Below, piece by piece: positions 50,307-59,614 of a DNA stretch of 64,000 nt. Below the pieces are notes generated by a model, which was not told the DNA's origin, ran no database searches, and saw only the letters and a program-made list of their open reading frames with translations. Source of the DNA: an uncultured Chroococcidiopsis sp. (GTDB lineage: Bacteria; Cyanobacteriota; Cyanobacteriia; Cyanobacteriales; Chroococcidiopsidaceae); the NCBI GenBank assembly GCA_964248365.1, contig CAXTYC010000001.1, forward strand, positions 64,001-128,000, written 5' to 3'. Every line of letters starts with the position of its first letter. The stretch's first letter is position 1. The position numbers and the translations under genes were made by a program.

Positions 50307-51623
50307 ATGACTCACTTTGGTATCGTTTGCCCGCCTTTCCCTGGTCATATTAACCCCCTGGCAGCCCTGGGACGAGAGTTACAACGGCGTGGTCATTGCG
50401 TTACCTTCCTACAAATTTCTGATTTAGAGCCGAAAGTGCGATCGGAAGGATTGAACTTTTGGGAGATCGGGCAGTCTACATATCAACCTGGCTTACTAGC
50501 ACAAACCTTTGAACAGCTTGGGAAATTGAGTGAGCTTGAAGCACTGCGTTATTCAGTCCAATTTTGCCAACTCCTAGCACAAATAGTTTGCCAGGATGCG
50601 CCAAAAGCGATCGCCCACTCAGGGATAGAAGCACTACTAGTCGATCAGCTCGAGCCTGCGGGGGAAACAGTCGCAGAATACCTGCGTATACCATATATTA
50701 CCGTATCCTGCGCTCAAGCTATCCACCGCTCTTGGGACGTTCCTCCCTTCTTCACGCCTTGGAGCTACCAAAATACCTGGTGGGCGCGTATTCGCAATTC
50801 TCTTGCCTATTATTTGTTAGATCACAATAGCAAACCGATTCTACAAGTCCTCAATCGATATCGCAAAAAGTGGAAGCTACCTCAGTATCGCCATTTATAT
50901 GCTTCTGCTGCTCGACTGGCACACATTAGCCAACAGCCAGCCGCTTTTGATTTTCCAGCAGCCAAAGTGCCAGCCAACTTCCATTATGTAGGACCGTTAC
51001 GTGATTCTCAGGGGCGAGTTGAGTTTCCCTTTGAACGATTGACTGGGCAACAGATGATATATGCTTCTCTGGGGAGTGTACAGAATACTAAACATAATGT
51101 TTTTCGCTGTATCGCCGCAGCTTGTCTAGAACTAGATGTGCAACTTGTGATTTCTCATGGCGGCGGAATGAACGCCGAAGCAGTGCAACAACTGCCTGGT
51201 TCTCCCCTAGTTGTAGAGTATGCACCTCAACTTGAAGTAATTTCTCAAGCTAGATTAACCGTTACTCACGGTGGACTTAATACAGTGCTTGATTCTCTTA
51301 GCAATGGAGTACCTCTAGTTGCCATTCCCATCACTTATGAGCAGCCAGGAACCGGAGCGCGAATAAGGTGGACAGGTACTGGGGAAGTAGTTCCTTTAAA
51401 TCAGCTAAGCATACCCCTTTTGCAAGCAAAGATCAGGCAAGTGCTAACAGAGGATTCTTACCTAAATAATGCCTTGAAGCTCAAGCAGGCTATCGGGGAA
51501 GCAGGGGGAGTTCGCTGTGCGGCTGACATTGTCGAGCGGGCAGTAGTGTCTGGGTGTCCAGTACGTAGGCGCTTAACGTCGAGTGGTACTAATTCAGTCA
51601 GACAGATCATTAAGTTTGGATAA
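50307..51623 (+). CDS. GT1/MGT-family glycosyltransferase (CrtX zeaxanthin glucosyltransferase-like)
   Basis: PPFPGHINP, YASLGS, APQLEV, THGGLNTVLDSL..GVP, EQPG. Confidence 0.88.
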   Translation: MTHFGIVCPPFPGHINPLAALGRELQRRGHCVTFLQISDLEPKVRSEGLNFWEIGQSTYQPGLLAQTFEQLGKLSELEALRYSVQFCQLLAQIVCQDAPKAIAHSGIEALLVDQLEPAGETVAEYLRIPYITVSCAQAIHRSWDVPPFFTPWSYQNTWWARIRNSLAYYLLDHNSKPILQVLNRYRKKWKLPQYRHLYASAARLAHISQQPAAFDFPAAKVPANFHYVGPLRDSQGRVEFPFERLTGQQMIYASLGSVQNTKHNVFRCIAAACLELDVQLVISHGGGMNAEAVQQLPGSPLVVEYAPQLEVISQARLTVTHGGLNTVLDSLSNGVPLVAIPITYEQPGTGARIRWTGTGEVVPLNQLSIPLLQAKIRQVLTEDSYLNNALKLKQAIGEAGGVRCAADIVERAVVSGCPVRRRLTSSGTNSVRQIIKFG

Positions 51624-51732
51624 AATTTTTATTTTTACACTAGTCCACCAAATTACTTATTCCGTGCTATAGATTCGCTACGAACTACCAATGTGTCTAG
51701 ATTAACCAGTAGTAGGGATAAGAGGATAGGTT

Positions 51733-52476
51733 ATGACCCACGAAGAGCATAAGCTAGAGGAACAACTAGTTAGCAAAGCAGCAGAAATTACACTGTCTAG
51801 TCAGCTAGATGCAGCAGAGAAAATTGACGTAGATGTGCAAACTAATTTGTCAGAGGCAATTCAAGGAAACGCAGAAGAAGTAGTGATCTCTGGAGAAGGA
51901 TTGGTAATGCAAAAAGATATCCGTGTGCAAGAAATGGAACTGCATACGGATAAAGTTGATATCAATCCTTTGAGCGTTTTATTTGGGAAAGTTGAACTAA
52001 ATCAACCAATTGATGCCAATGGTCGAATTGTACTCACCGAACCAGATATTAACCGCGCTCTTAACTGTGATTACGTCTTGAGTAAGGCGCAAAAATTTGA
52101 TTTAGATGTAGAAGGTCAAACTGTAACAATGGCAATGCAGCAGATGGAATTAAAATTACCAGATGGTGACAAAATGGTATTTAGTGCTAAAGCTCTGCTG
52201 CACGAAATGGGTAAAACTCGGCGAATTGGTTTTACTGCCATTATGTACCCACGTAATAGGCAGCAACCATTACGGGTTGAAGGTTTCAACTGCCACGACG
52301 GACAGACTATTTCCCTAGAATTTGCTGCCGCATTAATGCAGAAGCTCAAAGAATTAACCCACTTACCTTATATTGAGATGGAGCAAATGAGGATACGTGT
52401 TGAGGAAATGGAGGTGCAAACTGGCACTATTACAATACAAGTACAAGCTCATATAAACCAACTTCCTTCTTCCTAA
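51733..52476 (+). CDS. DUF2993/LmeA-like protein, paralog
   Basis: EEQLVSKAAE..LSSQL, INPLSVLFGKVEL, LTEPDINRALN. Confidence 0.82.
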   Translation: MTHEEHKLEEQLVSKAAEITLSSQLDAAEKIDVDVQTNLSEAIQGNAEEVVISGEGLVMQKDIRVQEMELHTDKVDINPLSVLFGKVELNQPIDANGRIVLTEPDINRALNCDYVLSKAQKFDLDVEGQTVTMAMQQMELKLPDGDKMVFSAKALLHEMGKTRRIGFTAIMYPRNRQQPLRVEGFNCHDGQTISLEFAAALMQKLKELTHLPYIEMEQMRIRVEEMEVQTGTITIQVQAHINQLPSS

Positions 52477-53668
52477 AAACAGCCGCTTATTGTTGGGAGG
52501 GAAAAGGGAAAAGGGAAAAGGTAAATACGACAAGTTTAACTTTTAACTTAATACTATTACCCTTAGCAGCAAAAGAGACGAGTGCAAAAGGTCTATTAAA
52601 AAAATTCTCGTTAACGACAGGTGGTGGAGAAAAAATTTTAAAAAAATTCTCGTTCTCAGGTACTCAGCCTGGGAACGAGAGCAAGTGGAGGAATCAATTT
52701 AATGCCTTTTGCGCGTCGTTACTTAGAGAAATTCCAATTATTCCCTAAATACTTTTCTGAATGATGCCCATTATTGCGTAAAGCGGTGCGATACAGATTA
52801 ATCAAAGTGGGTGAGTAGCGAAACCAAGTAGCTAGTATGGCTACGAAAGAAACTGAGATAAAGCTGAAGGTGAAGAATTGTTCTAGGGGTGACATAAGGC
52901 TTTCCAAAAGTAGAGGCAATTATTAGAAAAATCTTAAGAACTGAGTTGATCTTAGTTTTTATGCCTTATAGTATCGTCAGTATAACCACGGTTTTTTTCC
53001 GCTTAGAAAAGCTGTTGTTTAAGCATTTTTCCTGAGATTAGTATTTCCTAACGGGTTTTAAGTATTTGTAATTTCTACCCAATCAGAAGTTGTGGCGATC
53101 GCGCCTTCATCTGGTATAATTACCCTCCCCATAAAGCTCTTTGCTTCTACTATGTTGGGAAGAGTCATCCAATTGCGACAGAGGAAAAAGTTCCCACGAG
53201 GGCTTTAAGTGTGGAGGGTGTCCGGTTACTGATGAGTGTGTTGCGATTAGCTCCCCTTGTTCGCTCAATAGCACAAAAGCATATACCATTAGCATAAAGC
53301 TTCACACAATTGCTCCATCGGGCAAGTGGATATTGGCTGACCTAATTAGACTCAATAGAGTAGTGCTGGCAGTAGTAGCAGAAAATTTCAGACAAACAGT
53401 GCCTTTTTTGCAACAGTGTGATGAAAACAGGAAAATTTTTGGTATGATTTACAAAAATTAATATGGTTTAACTTGACAAATAATCACGCTGACAAGTTAA
53501 AGACGTAAGTTACTAGTGCCATATATCTAAGTGTCTGTGGAGAATCACTTGCAACAACAAAGAGTTTAGCCAATAACAGGCAATACAATAAAAATCGCCG
53601 CAAAACTCAAATGATACTAGGCGTTTGGCAGCCGCTTTTAGTGTGTCAAATTCAATTAAGGAATTCTC

Positions 53669-54583
53669 ATGAAGCAACTTGTTAGAGCTGAGCGCTTGTG
53701 CTTGATTGGTCATATTGCGTCAAAAGCTTTTGGACTGGCAGGGTTGTTGCTAGTCGTTCCTCATGCTGATGTGATTTTAAATTTATTTGCGGCTGGGCAA
53801 ACCCTATTCCAGTGGAGTGTTGAAAAATCAATGGCTGGGGGTGGAGTGACTGATATCCTGTTTGGAACAGTAGCAGTATCCATATATGCCTACCGGACGT
53901 TGGGACTAAAACCCTGGCTAGGATTTATGCTGCCAGCTATGTTGATCTCGTTAGGAAGTGAATTATTGGGAACCAGTAGTGGCTTTCCATTTGGTGACTA
54001 TAGTTACCTGAGCGGCTTGGGATATAAAATTGCTGGGCTAGTACCTTTTACAATTCCCTTGTCGTGGTTTTATATGGGTTTGTCTTCCTACTTAATTTCT
54101 CGTGTAGCTTTAAATACGATTAAGCCCAACTGGTTGCGCCACATAGGAGCTATACTGCTGGGAGCGATGCTCTTTACTTCTTGGGATTTTGCCCTAGAGC
54201 CAGCTATGAGTCAGACAGCCTTTCCTTTTTGGTATTGGCATCAACCAGGAGCTTTCTTTGGCACACCGTATCAAAACTATGCTGGTTGGTTTGGTACTAG
54301 CGCCCTATTTATGAGTGTGGCAGCACTTTTGTGGGGCAATCTGCCACTGAAATTAGAGCGATCGCAACTAAGTATACCTCTAGTAGTTTATTTGAGTAAC
54401 ATTGCCTTCGCAGGTGGGATCAGCTTGGCTTCAGGATTCTGGCTACCCGTGTCTCTGGGCTTACTATTAGGCGTGGCTCCGATTTTAGTTTTGTGGTGGA
54501 TGGCTCCACCAAGTTCAGGCAACACCGTTGTCGAAGAAGCGAGTGGTATTGCCGAGCTTCCTGTCGAAGTTGCCTTAAAGTAA
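53669..54583 (+). CDS. cruF: Gamma-carotene 1'-hydroxylase CruF
   Basis: SELLGT.SGFPFG.Y.Y, VPFTIPLSWF, WDFALEPAM, GTPYQNYAGW; adjacent to cruG. Confidence 0.92.
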   Translation: MKQLVRAERLCLIGHIASKAFGLAGLLLVVPHADVILNLFAAGQTLFQWSVEKSMAGGGVTDILFGTVAVSIYAYRTLGLKPWLGFMLPAMLISLGSELLGTSSGFPFGDYSYLSGLGYKIAGLVPFTIPLSWFYMGLSSYLISRVALNTIKPNWLRHIGAILLGAMLFTSWDFALEPAMSQTAFPFWYWHQPGAFFGTPYQNYAGWFGTSALFMSVAALLWGNLPLKLERSQLSIPLVVYLSNIAFAGGISLASGFWLPVSLGLLLGVAPILVLWWMAPPSSGNTVVEEASGIAELPVEVALK

Positions 54584-54601
54584 GCAAAGGCGATTAAAAC
54601 T

Positions 54602-55789
54602 GTGGCTGAATTGATATTAGCGAGTGCGTTCTCTCTAGGACTATTACTAATCCAATTACCAGCAACGGCGATTTTGCTATCGCGCTTGCTCAAAGGTCCT
54701 GGTCGTCATCCTCCGATTAAACCCGCCTCTCCCACTCCAGAACTGTTAGGTAGCGTTAGCGTTGTTGTTCCCACCTTGAATGAGGCACAGCGAATTAGCC
54801 CCTGCTTGGCTCTTTTAAGTCGGCAAAGCTATGAAGTTCGGGAAATCACCATCGTAGACAGCAATTCCCAAGATGGGACACCGGACTTGGTGAAAGCAGC
54901 AGGGCAGCAAGATCCCCGCTTTCGTGTAATTACAGATGATCCCCTACCACCTGGCTGGGTGGGGCGACCTTGGGCTTTGCATAACGGCTTTTTGCATAGC
55001 TCAGAACACAGTGAGTGGTTTCTGGGGATCGATGCAGATACCCAGCCACAGCTGGGGTTAGTTGCTGGTTTAGTCAAGACGGCTGAGGCTGAGGGATATG
55101 ATTTAGTGTCTCTCTCGCCTCAATTTATCCTCAAGTATCCTGGGGAGTGTTGGTTACAACCAGCACTGTTGATGACACTGCTGTATCGATTTGATAGTGC
55201 TGGTGTAGATACTCAGGTAGCAGAACGAGTAATGGCAAATGGGCAATGTTTTTTATGCCGACGCTCTGTTTTAGCTCATGTGGGTGGCTATAGCAGTGCT
55301 GCTCGTTCTTTCTGTGATGATGTCACTTTGGCTCGTAACATCGCCGCTAGTGGGTTCAAGGTAGGATTTTTGGATGGAGCTAAGGTACTAAAGGTACGAA
55401 TGTATGAGGGTGCATGGGAAACTTGGCAGGAATGGGGGCGAAGTCTCGACCTCAAAGATGCCTCTTCTTCTGCCCAACTGTGGGGCGATTTGTGGCTCCT
55501 ACTCTGTGTTCAAGCCCTCCCCCTCCCCATCCTACTCACCTACCTCTTTCTCCCTCAGCTTCCTCAGCCTCCTCAGCTCATCCTATTGGGACTAAATTCA
55601 TTCCTACTAGCGATCCGCTTTGCTCTACTGTTTGCGATCGCGCCGTCTTATGATCGTACTGGGGCGACAGGGGGCTGGTTGTTCTGGCTTTCCCCCCTAG
55701 CCGATTGTTTGGCAGTGCTACGGATTTTCTTGTCTGCTTTTCGTAAGCCTACTCAGTGGCGGGGTCGGAGTTATACTCAGGCAGGTTAA
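54602..55789 (+). CDS. cruG: Carotenoid 2'-O-glycosyltransferase CruG (GT2)
   Basis: VPTLNEA, GWVGRPWA, IDADT, ANGQC, DDVTLAR, VRMY, WRGR. Confidence 0.92.
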   Translation: MAELILASAFSLGLLLIQLPATAILLSRLLKGPGRHPPIKPASPTPELLGSVSVVVPTLNEAQRISPCLALLSRQSYEVREITIVDSNSQDGTPDLVKAAGQQDPRFRVITDDPLPPGWVGRPWALHNGFLHSSEHSEWFLGIDADTQPQLGLVAGLVKTAEAEGYDLVSLSPQFILKYPGECWLQPALLMTLLYRFDSAGVDTQVAERVMANGQCFLCRRSVLAHVGGYSSAARSFCDDVTLARNIAASGFKVGFLDGAKVLKVRMYEGAWETWQEWGRSLDLKDASSSAQLWGDLWLLLCVQALPLPILLTYLFLPQLPQPPQLILLGLNSFLLAIRFALLFAIAPSYDRTGATGGWLFWLSPLADCLAVLRIFLSAFRKPTQWRGRSYTQAG

Positions 55790-56672
55790 GGGCATCTGTC
55801 CTTTCTAGTTCCCAGAGAATTTGATTACCTTCGCGGCGCACTCTTGACACAATCCAATTGCGCCAGCGCCACTCATCACCCCGACTGGTGACGGCGCTGG
55901 CGTGGACATCCATCAAGTCAGCTAGTTCTGAACTGGTGATCAAATAACCTTTGGCGGCAATTTCGTCAGCAATGTGGAGAGTTTCGAGCAAATTGCGGAG
56001 TTGAGCCACCCTGATTTCGCGGGGTAATTCTTCGCTAGCAACAGGGGAGGTATTAGGCGCATCCATCATGGTTGTATTTGAGACAGGGTGGCTATTTGGT
56101 GACGACTTGTTAATTATCATATAGCTGCTGTCAAAATCAGCTATTTCTGCTACAGGAAGAGAATTGTTTGACGAGGGGGCTTGATCGCCAATTGTGGGTA
56201 GTTGCTGTTGTAAATGCGGGGTTTTACCGCTAGCAAAGGTACGGGCGATCGCGTCACAGCGTTCGTTACCAAAATTACCTGCATGACCCCGCACGTACTG
56301 CCACTTTATCTGTTTGCTGTTGAGTTGATCTAGAGTTTCCCAGAGTTCTTGGTTGAGGACTGGTTTACCTTCGGCAGTTTTCCAGCCTTTCTTTTTCCAT
56401 CCTTTCACCCATTTGGTAACGCCGTTGATTAGATATTGGCTATCGGTGTAAAGGGTGATGAATTCTTGCTGTCCAGACTCTGCTAAGAATTGTAGGGCAG
56501 CTATAGCTGCTTGCATCTCCATGCGGTTATTGGTGGTTTGGGCTGCGCTACCACCAATTTCGTAAGCTGAGCCGTCGCTGAAGTAGACAACGACACCCCA
56601 GCCGCCAGGACCTGGGTTGCCCGTACAGGCTCCGTCGGTGTATATGCTTTGAATTGTGCGGGGGATAGTCAT
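55749..56672 (-). CDS. rnhA: Ribonuclease HI with C-terminal extension
   Basis: YTDGACTGNPGPGGWG, TTNNRME, TDSQY, VRGHAG..GNERCD. Confidence 0.95.
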   Translation of the reverse strand: MTIPRTIQSIYTDGACTGNPGPGGWGVVVYFSDGSAYEIGGSAAQTTNNRMEMQAAIAALQFLAESGQQEFITLYTDSQYLINGVTKWVKGWKKKGWKTAEGKPVLNQELWETLDQLNSKQIKWQYVRGHAGNFGNERCDAIARTFASGKTPHLQQQLPTIGDQAPSSNNSLPVAEIADFDSSYMIINKSSPNSHPVSNTTMMDAPNTSPVASEELPREIRVAQLRNLLETLHIADEIAAKGYLITSSELADLMDVHASAVTSRGDEWRWRNWIVSRVRREGNQILWELERTDALNLPEYNSDPATE

Positions 56673-56887
56673 GGTTAAGAGGAACGAACCGCAAAGACGC
56701 GAGCCTGGGGTTTAAACCCCAGGGAAACGCGCTCGTAAGAGGGGAAGAAATAATAAGGGTAGCATAGTTGAGGGGCGATTATCGAAGCGTGAGCGAAGTT
56801 ATCTTGGGAATTTAAAGAAGCGATCGCCGCCTAAAACACTATCAATTTCAGTTGATTGTGCCACTCCTTACTTGTGTTTAATGAAAA

Positions 56888-59467
56888 TTAGACTTTGATG
56901 GGAGCTACAACATCAAAACCAGGCGCATTTATTATGATTGATTCTGGGCTGGAAAATCCAGCTTTTTTGCGCGCCTGTCGAATTTCAATAAATAAGTTTT
57001 TAAGATGTGATACTAGCCAACGCGGATCGTTACCAGCATGAAGGCAAATTTGCCATTGATAACAGTAATTTCGTTGTCCGACTTCAACAGATTTGACTGC
57101 ATCACACCCATAGAATAGATTAACGCTACGGCGAAAAAACTGTTGCCATTGGGCAATCCCATTCATGTAGCATGAATCTGGTAATTCTAATTTAGGTAAT
57201 TTTGATGGTGGAGCATTCAGAGGAGTTTGATGAATGCGGAAGTCAATTGTTTCTGTTCCTTTCAATGTGTTGCAAGTAATACAAAGAGTTTGCAAGTTTT
57301 CATGCGAATGATCCCCGCCGTGATATTTGGGCTTAACATGGTCAATTACTAATAGATTTTTCTTAATTTCTCCGCAACAAAGGCAACGAGATTTATCTCG
57401 TTTTTTAATCTCTGTTTTGACTTGCTCAGATGGCTCAAGTGGAGGAGTCGATTTTGATGTGAAAGTTGAGCCGTTAGATTCTGGAGTTCCGCGTTGACGT
57501 ATGATAGCTAAGAGCCTTTCAACACAAGCATTATACTGTGATTTAAATAACCCATAACTGTGGTAAATAATTTTCCAGTAGCGGTCTGACCGATTGAATT
57601 CTTCTATTAATTTATTATCTTCTTCCGAACGACTCAGATGAGAATCTATAAATCTTTGAGCTACATCATCAAGATTATGTTCTTGCCGTTCTTTAAAGTC
57701 AAACCAATCAGGTGATTCTCTGTCATTCTGTGCCATGTGACAGGTGACGTAAAACAAGTTTGTCAGCAAATCTCCACCTATATGCTGTCCAAAATTGGAA
57801 AAACTACCCTCCTGCAAACTTTCAACACGCTGCTGATGCTGTTTATCAAAGCTGATAGTTGGTTCAACAAATGTTTCTAGCTCTGATTCTTTACAATATT
57901 TAAGGCATTCAATATAATTCTCGTAACTTTCTTTTTCGTTTTCAAACACCATTACTAAACGTTGCACTATCTCAACATTTTCATTTCCCTCTGTCAGCGT
58001 TTCTAACTCAACTCGATACCAGCCTATCGGCATGAGTGTAAGAAATGGAACATCATTAATGTTGAATCCACTATCCATTTGACGGACTAACCGACGCACT
58101 AAATCAATAGAAATTAGTTGCATTGGTAGTGTTTCACCAACCTCACCATTACTATCGTTAATTCCTCCATCTTCTAACTCAAATTCAGCCCAGTTAATTA
58201 ATTGCTGCCAATTATCAATGAAAGAGACAATGTTAGCCTCATCTGTACCACCAAACTTAGAACCGCGTAAGGCTCTGCCAACCATTTGAGTTAGCAGAAT
58301 TTTACTGGTGGTTTGTCTGGTGAGGAAGACAGTATTGACATTAGGTACATCAGTGCCTTCAGTCAGCATCCGCACATTAATTAGTACATCTAACTGGTTG
58401 TTACGAAAAGCCTCTAAAGTTTTTGCATTTTCATCTTTATCTTGCTTATTTATGGCATCAGCACTGCCAGGGTATGCTTCGACGTGAGCGAACATTGTGC
58501 CTACTCTGATTCCTTTTTTCTGTTGTTCTAAAAATCCCCGCAACTGTTCGCATTGAAACCAGCGGTCTGCAAAGATAATTGTTTTTCCATAACGCTCTTT
58601 GTTATCAGCGTAGGTTTTAGCAATGAAGGCGTTACGCTCTTGATTTTCAGCTAATTTAGTGATAATTTCTTCTGGCAATTCTCGAAAGTCTCTCACCCAT
58701 TGTTGATACTTATACTCATCAAATTCAGGAGTAAAAGTTGTGTGAGATGTTTCAAAAATTGGCTTTGCCAGAATTCCATCAGCCATCAATTTTTCGGGAC
58801 TGATTTGGTAGAGAATTTCTTGTGGAAACAGCTTTTTTAACCAACCACGTTTATGCTTGTCTGTATAGGTGGGAGTAGCAGTTAGCCCTAACAAGTACAT
58901 TCCCGAAATGCGATCGCGCAGTTCCATAATGAATCTGCAATAACTAGGTGCTGGTGAGTGGTGCGCCTCATCAAATACAACAAAAAGTTTATTTCCTGCT
59001 GCTTTAATGAACTTCTCAAGCTGAGCAACTTTGTTTTGGTAGGCGCGAGTCACCGTTTGGAGAGTGCAAATCATCACATCATCACTAGCCTGAATGTGAC
59101 AGGGGCGAAAGTGTCCTGTTGTACCAGAAACGACACGCACGTTTAACTGCTGTTTGTTCCTAATTAGCTTGACTTCTGACTCAAGACTTAAAAATGCTTG
59201 ATCGAGCAGATGGTGAGTATGTGCTAGCCACAGCACCTTGTAGCCATTGGAAAGCGGCTCAGTACAGAGGAAACGAACAGCAGTGAAAGTTTTGCCGCCT
59301 CCTGTTGGTAAAACCAAAATGCCGCCAGCGTCAGAATGTTTCGCCTGAAACCATTTATGCAGCTTGTCTAATGCTTGGTACTGGTGGGCGGCTGGATCTT
59401 TCGGCTGTTTCTGTGGCTTTGTTAAGTCGTATGTACGAAAAAAGCCACTTTTTTGTTGCTCAGACAT
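56888..59467 (-). CDS. SF2 (ResIII-like) helicase fused to a C-terminal HNH endonuclease
   Basis: LPTGGGKT, DEAHH, LTAT, EGTDVP, QMVGRALR; HNH CLCC..DHVKP..GG..ENLQTLCITCN. Confidence 0.9.
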   Translation of the reverse strand: MSEQQKSGFFRTYDLTKPQKQPKDPAAHQYQALDKLHKWFQAKHSDAGGILVLPTGGGKTFTAVRFLCTEPLSNGYKVLWLAHTHHLLDQAFLSLESEVKLIRNKQQLNVRVVSGTTGHFRPCHIQASDDVMICTLQTVTRAYQNKVAQLEKFIKAAGNKLFVVFDEAHHSPAPSYCRFIMELRDRISGMYLLGLTATPTYTDKHKRGWLKKLFPQEILYQISPEKLMADGILAKPIFETSHTTFTPEFDEYKYQQWVRDFRELPEEIITKLAENQERNAFIAKTYADNKERYGKTIIFADRWFQCEQLRGFLEQQKKGIRVGTMFAHVEAYPGSADAINKQDKDENAKTLEAFRNNQLDVLINVRMLTEGTDVPNVNTVFLTRQTTSKILLTQMVGRALRGSKFGGTDEANIVSFIDNWQQLINWAEFELEDGGINDSNGEVGETLPMQLISIDLVRRLVRQMDSGFNINDVPFLTLMPIGWYRVELETLTEGNENVEIVQRLVMVFENEKESYENYIECLKYCKESELETFVEPTISFDKQHQQRVESLQEGSFSNFGQHIGGDLLTNLFYVTCHMAQNDRESPDWFDFKERQEHNLDDVAQRFIDSHLSRSEEDNKLIEEFNRSDRYWKIIYHSYGLFKSQYNACVERLLAIIRQRGTPESNGSTFTSKSTPPLEPSEQVKTEIKKRDKSRCLCCGEIKKNLLVIDHVKPKYHGGDHSHENLQTLCITCNTLKGTETIDFRIHQTPLNAPPSKLPKLELPDSCYMNGIAQWQQFFRRSVNLFYGCDAVKSVEVGQRNYCYQWQICLHAGNDPRWLVSHLKNLFIEIRQARKKAGFSSPESIIINAPGFDVVAPIKV

Positions 59468-59614
59468 ATTTTTCTGGACTCCAAATTGCAGAGCGGTTTC
59501 TTTATGTAGTCTCCACTCGCTCTTGTACTTAGAGTTCCCAGAATATAAAGCACATCAACAACAGCTACTAGCCTGTAAACAAGCTAACAGGAAACTATAC
59601 CTCAAACAAAGCGA

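Noticed and set aside
53141..53713. ORFs 53141-53461 (+) and 53513-53713 (-)
   Set aside because: No recognisable motifs, atypical composition, overlap with the cruF upstream region
55749..55789. 41-nt convergent overlap of cruG and rnhA as a regulatory device
   Set aside because: Short tail overlaps of convergent genes are common and nothing else supports a function
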